Below, in pieces: positions 51,781-61,573 of a stretch of 64,000 nt of DNA. A program made the translations under genes and the position numbers. Positions within the stretch are counted from its first letter, which is position 1. Each line of letters opens with the position of its first letter. The stretch is from Candidatus Latescibacterota bacterium (GTDB lineage Bacteria; Krumholzibacteriota; Krumholzibacteriia; WVZY01; JAKEHA01). The stretch lies in the NCBI GenBank assembly GCA_963707635.1, contig OY970173.1, forward strand, positions 2,912,001-2,976,000, read 5' to 3'. A model generated the notes under the pieces. The model saw only the letters and a list, made by a program, of their open reading frames with translations. It made no database searches and was not told the origin of the DNA.

Positions 51781-52395
51781 ATGGGAAGACCGGTGCTTGC
51801 CTTCGTTCTGCTGGGTGTGTGCCTGCCCGCCGCCGCGTTCGCGCAGGAGAAGATGGCGGGAGTGACCTATACCATGTCGCTGCCCGGGTCCAACATGGAA
51901 GTGTACATCGACGAGACCAGCTTCCGGGGGGTTCAGGTCTTCGTCCGCGGGACCGCGTGGCGCGGCCGGCCCATCATGGTAGGCGCGACCATGGGCTGGG
52001 AGGTATTCAGCTTCGAGACCAGCGAGCCGATCCAGCTCGACAGCGGGACCATCTCCGGCCAGCAGCGCCGGTACCTCAACGCGGTGCCACTCCTGGCCAC
52101 GCTCCACTACTACCTGGGAAACCAGGACTCGTGGCGGGTGCTCGTCGGCCTCGGCGTGGGTACCATCTACATGCTTCAGACCTTCGAACTCGGCGTCTAC
52201 TCGTTCGACAATGGGACCTGGCAATTCGGGTTGGTACCCGAGGTGGGCGTGCAGATTCCGGTGAGTTCCACGACCGACCTCTATCTGGCCGGCCACTACG
52301 ATTACGCGTTCGAAGCCGGCGAGTCGCTCAACGGAGAAGGAGTGGCGTGGAACTACTGGAGCCTCGACGTCGGGTTCGCCTGGACGGGATGGTAA
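51781..52395 (+). CDS. Small outer-membrane beta-barrel protein (OmpW/OmpA-TM-like)
   Basis: Signal peptide; eight-strand-like pattern with aromatic C-terminus. Confidence 0.72.
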   Translation: MGRPVLAFVLLGVCLPAAAFAQEKMAGVTYTMSLPGSNMEVYIDETSFRGVQVFVRGTAWRGRPIMVGATMGWEVFSFETSEPIQLDSGTISGQQRRYLNAVPLLATLHYYLGNQDSWRVLVGLGVGTIYMLQTFELGVYSFDNGTWQFGLVPEVGVQIPVSSTTDLYLAGHYDYAFEAGESLNGEGVAWNYWSLDVGFAWTGW

Positions 52396-52410
52396 CGCGG
52401 CGCCTCGCGG

Positions 52411-53886
52411 TCACAGGCCGAACACCCAGCGTCCCCACGTATAGACCAGCACCGTCACGACGACGATGCCGATCCAGTCGAGCACGAACCCGGCGCGCAC
52501 CATGTCCGCGGTGCGCACGCGCCGGGTGCCGAACACGATCGCGTTGGGCGGCGTGGCCACCGGCAGCATGAAGCCGCACGACGCCGCCAGTGTCGCCGGC
52601 ACCATGAGAAACAGCGGGTGGATCCCGGTCGCGCCGGCCATCGACGCCAGCACCGGCAGCATCACCTGCGCGAGCGCCGTGTTGGACGCGAGCTCGCTCA
52701 AGAAACACACGGCCGCGGTCACCACCGCCAGCACCACGATCGGCGGCGCACCCGCGACACCACCGAGCTGCTTCCCCAGGTATTCCGATAGCCCCGACAC
52801 CTGAAACGCCTCTGCCAGCGCGAAGCCGCCCCCGAAGAGGATGACAATCTCCCAGGGCAGCTTCTGAAGGGCGGCGCCGTCCAGCACGAAGCCGGGCTGC
52901 GACCGCGATGGCGTCAGGAACAGCACCAACGACATCCCGATCGCCACCACCCCGTCCGACATCCGCTCCCCGAGTCCCAGCCGCGTCGCCCAGCCGCGCA
53001 CGGTCGTCTCGCCGAACACCGCGTCGGCGCGGGTGACAATCAAGGCCACGAAGAGGACGAAGACCGACAGCACGACGCGCTGCTCGAAGGTGATGGGGCC
53101 CAGCGCGCGATGCTCGTCCCGGATCAGTCCACGGTCGATCGGGACGTTGCAACGTCGCAGCACGGTGACGCGAAAATAGGCGTACAACAGGAGCAGCATC
53201 GTGGTCGAAACCGGGACGGCAGCCGCCATCCAGGCGAGAAACGTCACCGGCGGGGCGTCGGGAAACGCCCCCGAGTAGACGCGCAGAAACACGAGATTGG
53301 GCGCAGTGCCGATCAGCGTCGCCATTCCGCCGATCGACGCCGCGTAGGCCACCCCGAGCAGCATTGCGGTGGTAAGCCGCGCCGCGTCCACGCCGCCGCG
53401 TTCTTCCAGTTTCACCATCAACGACATGACGATGGGCAGCATCATCAGCGTCGTCGCGGTATTGTTGACCCACCACGAAATGAACCAGGTCGCGGCCATG
53501 ACACCGAGGAGCAGCGTGGCCGCGTTCCGCCCGATCCACAGCAGGATGCGAAGCGCGATGCGGCGGTGGAGACCCCACTCCTGCATCGCGATGGCCAGGA
53601 GGAAGCCTCCGATGAACATGAACATCAGGTCGTTCATGTACTCGGAGGCGGTGGCGGAAGGGCTCATGACGCCGAGCAAGGGCAGGAGCACCACCGGGAG
53701 CAACGCGGTCACTCCCATCGGGAGCGCTTCCGTGAGCCAGTAGCACGCCATGAGCACCGCTACCGCGAGCGTCCTTCCCACCGCCGGTTTCTCCGGCACC
53801 GGGTCCGCGCCGAACAGGACGGCGAAGAACAACAACGCCCCCGCGGCGAGGGCGATTCGCGCGCGAACCTCGCGGCGCACCGTCAT
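52411..53886 (-). CDS. SLC13/DASS family anion:sodium symporter
   Basis: NNTAT, SIGGMATLIGTAPN, SNTA, MLPVATPPNAI. Confidence 0.93.
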   Translation of the reverse strand: MTVRREVRARIALAAGALLFFAVLFGADPVPEKPAVGRTLAVAVLMACYWLTEALPMGVTALLPVVLLPLLGVMSPSATASEYMNDLMFMFIGGFLLAIAMQEWGLHRRIALRILLWIGRNAATLLLGVMAATWFISWWVNNTATTLMMLPIVMSLMVKLEERGGVDAARLTTAMLLGVAYAASIGGMATLIGTAPNLVFLRVYSGAFPDAPPVTFLAWMAAAVPVSTTMLLLLYAYFRVTVLRRCNVPIDRGLIRDEHRALGPITFEQRVVLSVFVLFVALIVTRADAVFGETTVRGWATRLGLGERMSDGVVAIGMSLVLFLTPSRSQPGFVLDGAALQKLPWEIVILFGGGFALAEAFQVSGLSEYLGKQLGGVAGAPPIVVLAVVTAAVCFLSELASNTALAQVMLPVLASMAGATGIHPLFLMVPATLAASCGFMLPVATPPNAIVFGTRRVRTADMVRAGFVLDWIGIVVVTVLVYTWGRWVFGL

Positions 53887-53901
53887 GCGGCACGGCCGCG
53901 G

Positions 53902-54552
53902 TTAGAGTCCGTCATAGCTCCGCCACAGATAGAGGGTGCCGATCGTGCGGTAGGGGCGCCACGCGTCGGCGATGCGATGGTATCGGCTGGCGCGCACGTT
54001 TCGGCGCAACCCGTACCGCGCCGCCATCGCCTTGCGCAGCCCCAGGTCGCCCACCGGAAACACGTCGAGGCGGTTGAGCGCGAAAATGAGGAACATGTGC
54101 CCGGACCACTCCCCCACCCCCTTGATCGCGGTGAGGGTCTGCATGACGCCCTCGTCGTCGGTGCGCGCGAGCGAGCGCCGGTCGAAACGGCGGGACGCAA
54201 ACGCGGCGGCGACATTTCGGGCGTAGACGACCTTCGACCGCGACAGGCCGCACGCGAGCAGTTCCGCGTCGGAAAGTGCGAGGACCGATGCGGCGGTGGG
54301 GGCGCGCCCGCCGGCCGCGGCGGCGAGGCGGCGATAGATCGCGCGGGCGGCGTGCGTGCTCAACTGCTGGGACACGATCGTCTCCAGCATCACCTGAAAC
54401 GCGCTGCGAGTTCCACGCAGCTCGTACGGGCCGAAGCGATCGATGAGCGCGCGAACCACGGGATCGCGCCGTCGCAGGTGGCGAACGGCCGCGCGAACTT
54501 CCCGGTCGAGTTCGGCAACCCGTGACGAATTGCGGCCGTCGAGCCACGCCAT
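53902..54552 (-). CDS. alkA: DNA-3-methyladenine glycosylase (AlkA/HhH-GPD family)
   Basis: IVSQQLS, IKGVGEWS, FPVGDLG, WRPYRT; TATAAT 6 nt before ATG 54552. Confidence 0.85.
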   Translation of the reverse strand: MAWLDGRNSSRVAELDREVRAAVRHLRRRDPVVRALIDRFGPYELRGTRSAFQVMLETIVSQQLSTHAARAIYRRLAAAAGGRAPTAASVLALSDAELLACGLSRSKVVYARNVAAAFASRRFDRRSLARTDDEGVMQTLTAIKGVGEWSGHMFLIFALNRLDVFPVGDLGLRKAMAARYGLRRNVRASRYHRIADAWRPYRTIGTLYLWRSYDGL

Positions 54553-54652
54553 GGCGTCATTATATACGTCCCGCACCCGCCCACAACCGCCGTTCTGCCT
54601 CGCAACCCTATTGATGTGCCGGGCGCCGTTCTGATAGCGTGAGGCATCCACC

Positions 54653-55885
54653 ATGTCGGCACCCGGCGAAGACAATCTCATCCACGACTGGAACCCGCCC
54701 GTCGCGGCCCCGCGTTACCCGCTCAAGCTCAACGACGAAACCCTGCGCGACGGCTTGCAGTCGCCGTCGGTGTTCAACCCCAGCGTCGCGGAGAAGCTCG
54801 AAATCCTGCATTTCATGGAGGGTCTGGGGATGTCTTCGGCCGCGATCGGCCTGCCGGCAGCCGGGCCCCACGCGTTCAACGACGTGCTCGCCATCGCGGG
54901 GGAAATCGCGCGCGCGCGGATGAAGATCTACCCCTACTGCGCCGCGCGCACGCACCCCAACGACATCACCCCGATCATCGAGATCCAGCAGAAGACGGGC
55001 ATCAAGGTGCAGGCGGCGCTGTTCATCTTCTCCAGTCCGATCCGCCAGCTGGCCGAGGACTGGACGGTCGACAAGATGCTCAAGGTGAGCGAGGCCGCGA
55101 TCGAATTCGCGCACAACAACGAGGTCCCGGTCATGTATGTGACCGAAGACACCACGCGCTCGCGACCCGACACCCTTGCGCGCCTCTATCAGATGGCCAT
55201 CGACCACGACGTCGAGCGCCTGTGCATTTCCGACACGGTCGGCCACGCGACGCCGTCGGGAGCGGACGCGGTGGTCCGGTTCATTCGCGGGCTGGTGGAG
55301 AAGGCGGGCAAGCCGATCGGAGTGGACTGGCACGGCCATCGCGACCGCGACCTCGCGGTCGCCAACTCGATCGCCGCCCACCTGGCCGGCGCCGATCGGA
55401 TCCACGGGTCGATGCTGGGTATCGGCGAGCGCGTCGGCAACACGCCCATCGACACGCTGATGGTGAATTTCAAACTTATGGGCCTGTTCGACCACGACCT
55501 GACCAGCCTGCCGGCGTACGCGCGCAAGGTCTCGCAGGCGTGCCGCGTTCCGATCCCCGACAACTACCCGGTGCTCGGGCGCGACGCATTTCGGACCCAG
55601 ACCGGCGTGCACGCGGACGCGATCGTCAAGGCCTACCGCAAGGGCAACGCGTGGCTGGCGAATCGGGTCTACAGCGGCGTCCCCGCGGACGAGCTGGGTC
55701 TGGAGCAGGTGATCGAAGTGGGACCGATGAGCGGAAAATCAAACGTTCGCTACTGGCTCGAGTCGCGCCGCATCGACGCGACCGACGCGCTGGTCGAGCG
55801 CATCTTCGAGCGCGCCAAGCAGGCGGATCACATCCTCACCGACGATGAGATTCGCGCCATCGTCCGGGCGAACGCGGCGGAATAG
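54653..55885 (+). CDS. LeuA/homocitrate synthase family (DRE-TIM) enzyme lacking the C-terminal regulatory domain
   Basis: DETLRDGLQ, DTVG, HGH, GIGERVGN; only 410 aa. Confidence 0.85.
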   Translation: MSAPGEDNLIHDWNPPVAAPRYPLKLNDETLRDGLQSPSVFNPSVAEKLEILHFMEGLGMSSAAIGLPAAGPHAFNDVLAIAGEIARARMKIYPYCAARTHPNDITPIIEIQQKTGIKVQAALFIFSSPIRQLAEDWTVDKMLKVSEAAIEFAHNNEVPVMYVTEDTTRSRPDTLARLYQMAIDHDVERLCISDTVGHATPSGADAVVRFIRGLVEKAGKPIGVDWHGHRDRDLAVANSIAAHLAGADRIHGSMLGIGERVGNTPIDTLMVNFKLMGLFDHDLTSLPAYARKVSQACRVPIPDNYPVLGRDAFRTQTGVHADAIVKAYRKGNAWLANRVYSGVPADELGLEQVIEVGPMSGKSNVRYWLESRRIDATDALVERIFERAKQADHILTDDEIRAIVRANAAE

Positions 55886-55895
55886 CGCGCGGCGC

Positions 55896-56576
55896 CTATC
55901 GGTACAGAGACTTGACCTTGCCCCAAGTCGTGGGGGCAACGGGTACGACGGCGTTGAGGGCCAGGATACCGAATCGTGGCGTTCCCTGAAACGCGCCGTC
56001 GCCGTTCTTGTCGGAGAACGCAATCACGCGCATGACCGGCGCGCCCGTCCACGAGCATGCCACCGCCCGAGTATCCGAGTAGAAGCCGGGCGCCACCATC
56101 GTAACGACGTCGAGAGCGGGAAGCGGCGTCGTCCAGCGTTGCAGCGGAAGGCCGTTTACTTCGATCTCCACCACCGCGGATCCAGACTCGGGCCAGAAGC
56201 GCAGACACAGACTCCCCAGCGTGCGCGGAGTGGATGCGAAGCCGTCGACGACCACCTCGAAATCGTTGCGAAACGTCACGAACTCGCTGTTGCCGCTCGG
56301 CGACGGCTCGAAGCCGATGAGGTCGGGCGCCTGGTAGACCTCGAGTGGCAGTCGGTTCTCCGCCCGATCCCAGAGCATCTGGCCACCGATCGCGTAGCCC
56401 TCTTGAAACTTGGGATCCAACGGGGTGAGCAACTGGTAGCGCCCGCTGTCGTATCGGAAGACCGCGGGGCTGCTGGGATAGATGAGAAACGACGGCTCGG
56501 CCGCCGCGGCCACCGCCGACGACGAGCCCAACGGGAGCCACAGGAGAGCGAGCACGATGCCCTTTTTCGTGCCCAT
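55896..56576 (-). CDS. Secreted hypothetical protein with C-terminal PTTWGKVKSLYR motif
   Basis: GGAGG SD; signal peptide; DKNGDG loop; terminal motif. Confidence 0.75.
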   Translation of the reverse strand: MGTKKGIVLALLWLPLGSSSAVAAAAEPSFLIYPSSPAVFRYDSGRYQLLTPLDPKFQEGYAIGGQMLWDRAENRLPLEVYQAPDLIGFEPSPSGNSEFVTFRNDFEVVVDGFASTPRTLGSLCLRFWPESGSAVVEIEVNGLPLQRWTTPLPALDVVTMVAPGFYSDTRAVACSWTGAPVMRVIAFSDKNGDGAFQGTPRFGILALNAVVPVAPTTWGKVKSLYR

Positions 56577-56797
56577 ATCGGACTACCTCCGCGCGAGACG
56601 CGATATCGAATGAAGCGACCGCCGACGCATCGAAATCGAAGCACCGGCGGATACACGGCGGCGGTTGCCAGCTGCCGCCCGCGCACGTTCTGCACAACTC
56701 GCTGCCAGAGTATACCATAGCCCCGGGGTGGTCGGGAAGTAGCCACCTGCGCCGGAGACGCTGGATGTGGATCCGGGGTCCTTACTAATTCATTTAC

Positions 56798-56810
56798 AAT
56801 CAGTTAGTTG
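56798..56810 (+). promoter_or_regulatory. IHF-type binding site in a divergent promoter region
   Basis: AATCAGTTAGTTG matches WATCAR-N4-TTR and is preceded by an AT-rich tract. Confidence 0.45.
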
Positions 56811-56923
56811 ATCCGCTCGCCTCGCGCACTTTAGAGGCCTTGGTGCTTCTCGCCGGGCACACCCGGTGCTACACTGCCGACCACGCACGGGGACTCGTGG
56901 TCCGGGGAACCAAGGAGAGGCAC

Positions 56924-58591
56924 ATGCGGCGCAGTTTTCGTCTGGTCGTTTCGATCGTCGCGCTCACGGCCGCCATCGCCGGATGCGGCGGCGGCGGGGA
57001 CGGGTCCTCGAAGAACGCGGCGCCGCCCGACGGCGTCGCCGCCACCGAGCCCCGCTCCGGCGGGACCGTGATTCGCCGGCTGGAGTCCGAGTGCAAGACG
57101 CTGAACTGGGTCCTGTACACGACCCAGTACGAGATCTTCGTCTTGCGGCACATCTACGATCCCATCGTCGATTTCAACGAGGCGGGGGAGATGATCCCGG
57201 TGCTCGCGGCGGCGCTGCCGACCGTGAGCCCCGACCACCTTCGCATCACCGTCAAGCTGCGCAAGGACATCCACTGGCAGGACGGGACGCCCATCACGGC
57301 GCGCGACGTCCAATTCACCCTCGATAAGATCCGGGACCCCAAGATCCCCGCGATCAACAAGGAAGCCTACTTCGAGAAACTCGACCACCTCGAGATCGTC
57401 GACGATCAGACGGTGGTATTCGTCTGGAAGGAGCCGTTCGCTCCCTCGCTCTACGCGATCTCGCAGTTGTGGCCGATTCCGGAGCACGTCTACTCGCAAG
57501 GCGACTTCATGACCAACCCCGCCAACCGCAAGCCGGTCGGCAGCGGGCCGTTCATGCTCGAGGAGTGGAGCTCGTCGCAGTACATCAAACTGGTTCGCTA
57601 CGACGGATACCACGGCAAGAAGGCGTACCTCGACCGGATCATCTTCAAGGTGGTGGAAGACGACGCCGTCGCCCTCAACATGCTCAAGGCGGGCGAACTC
57701 GACGAGATGCGCGCGACCCAGATCCAGTGGGAGAGGCAGACCAGCGACCCGGAGTTCGCGGCGCGATTCGAGAAATATCACTACTACGCCCCGTCGTATA
57801 ACTACATCGGTTGGAACTGCCGGTCGGTCTGGTTTTCCGACGCGCGCGTTCGGCGCGCCATGACGATGCTCTTCGACCGCGAAAGCATCAACACCAAGAT
57901 GTACTCGGGATTCGCGCGGTTGGTCAGCGGGCCGTTCTACATCAACTCGTGGGCCTACGACAAGACGGTCAAGCCCCTCCCGTTCGACCCCCAGGCGGCC
58001 AGGCAGCTCCTCGACGAGGCCGGCTGGTCGGACTCCGACCGCGACGGCATTCGCGACAAGGGCGGAAAGAAATTCGATTTCGAGCTGTTGATCGCGGGCG
58101 GCAGCAATACCGCGGCGCAGTTTTCGCAGCTCCTGCAGGAGGAGTGCGGAAAGGTCGGGATACGCGTGCGCATCCGCCAGGTCGAGGGCTCGACGCTGTT
58201 CGACCGGATCGAAAAGGGCGACTTCGACGCCTCAATGTCGGGGTGGCGGCTCGACCTCGACCCCGACGTGTTCGACACTTTCCACTCCAGCATGACCCCG
58301 CCGAACGGACTGAATCATGGCTTCTACAGCAACCCCACGGTGGACAGCCTGCTGGTGGCCGGGCGGCGCGAATTCGACCCCGCCGCGCGCGAGCGGATCT
58401 ACCACCAGGTGCACCGGATCATCGCCGAGGAACAACCCTACACCTTCATCAACGCCGTGCCGGAAAAGCGCCCGATCGCGCGCAAGATCCACGGCGTGGT
58501 GATCTCCTTCAACGGCCCCTACGATTTCTGGCCGGGCGCCAACTACTGGTGGATCGGCGATGGCGACGGGACGGTCGCCACGGAGCATTGA
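56924..58591 (+). CDS. oppA: Oligopeptide ABC transporter substrate-binding lipoprotein (family 5)
   Basis: Lipobox IAGC; WQDGTPITARDVQFT, PVGSGPF. Confidence 0.88.
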   Translation: MRRSFRLVVSIVALTAAIAGCGGGGDGSSKNAAPPDGVAATEPRSGGTVIRRLESECKTLNWVLYTTQYEIFVLRHIYDPIVDFNEAGEMIPVLAAALPTVSPDHLRITVKLRKDIHWQDGTPITARDVQFTLDKIRDPKIPAINKEAYFEKLDHLEIVDDQTVVFVWKEPFAPSLYAISQLWPIPEHVYSQGDFMTNPANRKPVGSGPFMLEEWSSSQYIKLVRYDGYHGKKAYLDRIIFKVVEDDAVALNMLKAGELDEMRATQIQWERQTSDPEFAARFEKYHYYAPSYNYIGWNCRSVWFSDARVRRAMTMLFDRESINTKMYSGFARLVSGPFYINSWAYDKTVKPLPFDPQAARQLLDEAGWSDSDRDGIRDKGGKKFDFELLIAGGSNTAAQFSQLLQEECGKVGIRVRIRQVEGSTLFDRIEKGDFDASMSGWRLDLDPDVFDTFHSSMTPPNGLNHGFYSNPTVDSLLVAGRREFDPAARERIYHQVHRIIAEEQPYTFINAVPEKRPIARKIHGVVISFNGPYDFWPGANYWWIGDGDGTVATEH

Positions 58592-58598
58592 CGGCGCG

Positions 58599-59576
58599 AT
58601 GCTCCATTACACGTTGCGGCGTCTGCTGTACCTGATCCCGACGCTGCTCGGAATCACCATCGTCACGTTCGTGGTGGTGAGCCTGGCTCCGGGTGATCCG
58701 GTCGAGTTGATCAATCGCGGCCAGATGGACGCGCGCATCTCTCCCGAATCCTACCGCCAGATGCTCCACCTCTATGGTCTCGACGACCCGGTGCACGTCC
58801 GCTACCTGGTGTGGCTGAAACGGCTGGCGACGCTGGATTTTGGCCGCTCCTTTCTCGACCAGCGCCCGGTGATCGAGAAGATCCTCGAGCGCCTGCCCGC
58901 GACCATGGCGCTGAATGCGGCCTCCCTCGTGATTTCGCTCGTGCTCGCGATTCCGCTCGGCCTGTATGCGGCGGTCCGGCAGCATTCGAAGCTGGACAAG
59001 CTGGGTGGGACGGCGCTCTACCTCCTCTACTCGCTGCCCGAGTTCTGGGTGGCACTGCTGCTCATCATGCTCTTCGGGGTCAAACTCAAGTTGCTGCCCT
59101 TTCACGGCATGGAGTCCGTCGACGCGCGCGACCTGGGATTCTTCGGCTACTGGTGGGATCGCCTTGTGCACATGGTCCTGCCCACCTTCTGCCTCACCTA
59201 CGGATCGCTCGCATTCCTGTCGCGATTCGTACGAGGGTCGTCGCTCGAGGTGATTCGCCAGGATTACATCCGCACCGCGCGCGCCAAGGGGCTAGACGAG
59301 AAACGCATCGTGTACCACCACGTGTTCCGCAACACGATGATTCCCGTGCTGACGCTGCTCGGGCTCCTGCTGCCCACGCTGGTCAGCGGCAGCATCATCC
59401 TCGAGTCCATCTTCTCGTGGCCCGGGATCGGCAACCTGTTCTTCACCGCCGTGCTGGCGCGCGACTATCCCGTGGTCATGGGGTTGAGTTTCGTCACCGC
59501 CGTCCTGATTCTCCTGAGCACGCTCGTCGCCGACCTGCTCTACGCGTGGGCCGATCCCCGGGTGACCTACCGATGA
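58599..59576 (+). CDS. oppB: Oligopeptide ABC transporter permease
   Basis: APGDP, DFGRS, YIRTARAKGL, RDYPVV, DPR. Confidence 0.92.
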   Translation: MLHYTLRRLLYLIPTLLGITIVTFVVVSLAPGDPVELINRGQMDARISPESYRQMLHLYGLDDPVHVRYLVWLKRLATLDFGRSFLDQRPVIEKILERLPATMALNAASLVISLVLAIPLGLYAAVRQHSKLDKLGGTALYLLYSLPEFWVALLLIMLFGVKLKLLPFHGMESVDARDLGFFGYWWDRLVHMVLPTFCLTYGSLAFLSRFVRGSSLEVIRQDYIRTARAKGLDEKRIVYHHVFRNTMIPVLTLLGLLLPTLVSGSIILESIFSWPGIGNLFFTAVLARDYPVVMGLSFVTAVLILLSTLVADLLYAWADPRVTYR

Positions 59577-60649
59577 ATCCGCCCGCCGAGTCACCCACGA
59601 ACCCTCCGTTCCCGCGCGCCCCGACGGACGCGAAGCGCGCCGGGTACGCCCGCATCGTGTGGCGCGGCCTGCTCCGGGACCGATACGCGCTGGCGGGACT
59701 GGTCGTGATCGGGTTTCTGTTCGCGGTATCGTGGCTGGCGCCGGTGCTCGCCAACAACCGGCCCCTCGTCATGCGGTGGGACGACCGCATCATCTACCCC
59801 GCGATCGCGGAGCTGATTCCGCTTCGCTACGTGATCAAGTACCCGGGGTTGTCGAGCCTGGATTTCGACGTGCTGAAGCACGACGCGGGCGTGGCCCTGG
59901 TGATGCCGCCGATCCCGTACTCCGCGGTCTCCACCGAGCTCGACCATCGCTTGCAGGAGCCGGGACACACGCACCTGCTGGGGACCGACGAACTGGGGCG
60001 CGACGTGCTCGCCCGCCTGATCCACGGCGCGGGCGTCTCGCTCAAGGTCGGACTCGTGGCCACCGGCATCTCACTCGTGATCGGGCTCCTGATCGGCGCG
60101 ATCGCGGGGTACTACGGCGGGGGCGTGGACATGGTGTTATCGCGTCTGATCGAGATCGTGATCTGCTTTCCGTTTCTGTTCCTGATCCTGGCGGTGATCG
60201 CCTTTCTCCCGCCGAGCATCTACAACATCATGATCGTGATCGGCATCACCCGCTGGACCGACATCGCGCGCTACACCCGCGCCGAATTCATGCGGCTGAA
60301 AGCGCGCGAGTTCACCGAAGCCGCGCGCGCACTCGGGGTCAACGATCGCACCATCATCTTCCGCCACATCCTGCCCAACTCGCTGGCGCCCGTGCTGGTG
60401 ACCGCCACCTTCGGGGTTGCGAACGCGATTCTGATCGAGGCCGCCTTGAGTTTTCTCGGTCTCGGCACCCAGCCGCCGATGCCGAGCTGGGGCGGGCTGC
60501 TCGCCAGCGCCCGCGAACAGGATTTCGCCTGGTGGCTGACGACGTTCCCCGGGTTCGCGATCTTCGTCAGCGTGACCGCCTATAACCTGCTGGGCGAGGG
60601 ACTGCGCGACGCGAGCGACCCGCGGATTGCGTACGGAGCGAAGGACTGA
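59573..60649 (+). CDS. oppC: Oligopeptide ABC transporter permease
   Basis: HLLGTDELGRD, EAARALG, EAALSFLGLG, GEGLRDASDP. Confidence 0.92.
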   Translation: MNPPAESPTNPPFPRAPTDAKRAGYARIVWRGLLRDRYALAGLVVIGFLFAVSWLAPVLANNRPLVMRWDDRIIYPAIAELIPLRYVIKYPGLSSLDFDVLKHDAGVALVMPPIPYSAVSTELDHRLQEPGHTHLLGTDELGRDVLARLIHGAGVSLKVGLVATGISLVIGLLIGAIAGYYGGGVDMVLSRLIEIVICFPFLFLILAVIAFLPPSIYNIMIVIGITRWTDIARYTRAEFMRLKAREFTEAARALGVNDRTIIFRHILPNSLAPVLVTATFGVANAILIEAALSFLGLGTQPPMPSWGGLLASAREQDFAWWLTTFPGFAIFVSVTAYNLLGEGLRDASDPRIAYGAKD

Positions 60650-61475
60650 CGCCGCGCGGCCGGGCCTGGCAACCCGGGCAGAAGTGCGTGCCGCGCTGCG
60701 CCACTTCGATGCGCGCGATGGCGCGCCCGCACTCGGGGCACGGTTCGCCCTCCCGGCCGTACACGGCGAGCCGTTGCTGGAACTCCCCGCGCGAGCCGTC
60801 GGGGCGGCGATAGTCGCGGAGCGTCGTGCCGCGGGAACGAATCGCCCTGTCCAGGATTCGGCGCGCCGCCCCCAGGATGCCGGCGGCGCCGGCGGCCGCG
60901 CGGTCGCCGGTCGTGAGCGGATGGACCCGCGCCGCGTGCAGGGACTCGTCGACGTAGATGTTTCCCAGCCCGGAGATGATCCGCTGGTCGAGCAAGAGCG
61001 ACTTGATCGGCGCGCGGCGCCCGCGCAGCGCGCGCGCCAGATCCTCGGCGCCGATTTCGAACGGATCGGGTCCGATACGGAGCGACTCGTTCGTCCGGGC
61101 GGCGTCGCCCACGAAGATGAAGCCGAACCGGCGCGGGTCGATATAGACGAGCCGGGATCCGTCCTGAAAACTCCAGCGCGCGTGCAGGTGGGTGTGCCCG
61201 GCGCCGCCGCGAGCGGGCGCCGCCTCGCCCCACAACAGCTGCCCGGTCATGCCGAGATGGACGACGAGTCGGATGTCACCGGGACCGCAGCGCACGACGA
61301 TCGCTTTTCCGCGGCGCTGGACGTCGAGAACGCGCGCGCCCACCAGCGCCGACACGTTACGGCTCCCGGCACGGTAGAGGTCGCGCGCGGTGAGGGAGGC
61401 GCGCGCAATCACGCGGCCGGGCAGCACGGCGCGCAGCTCGCGGACCACGGTCTCGACTTCGGGGAGTTCGGGCAT
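60567..61475 (-). CDS. mutM: Formamidopyrimidine-DNA glycosylase
   Basis: MPELPEVE, RRGK, HLGMTG, GLGNIYVDE, C-terminal CxxC...CxxC zinc finger. Confidence 0.96.
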   Translation of the reverse strand: MPELPEVETVVRELRAVLPGRVIARASLTARDLYRAGSRNVSALVGARVLDVQRRGKAIVVRCGPGDIRLVVHLGMTGQLLWGEAAPARGGAGHTHLHARWSFQDGSRLVYIDPRRFGFIFVGDAARTNESLRIGPDPFEIGAEDLARALRGRRAPIKSLLLDQRIISGLGNIYVDESLHAARVHPLTTGDRAAAGAAGILGAARRILDRAIRSRGTTLRDYRRPDGSRGEFQQRLAVYGREGEPCPECGRAIARIEVAQRGTHFCPGCQARPRGVSPSLRTQSAGRSRRAVPRPAGYRRSR

Positions 61476-61573
61476 CGCGGACGAGTATACTCCACGTGAC
61501 AGCCGCCCGTGGACAGGGTAGAATGCCGCGATAAGCAGACCGTCGCGCGCGAAGGGCATGAGCGGAGGGCAGC

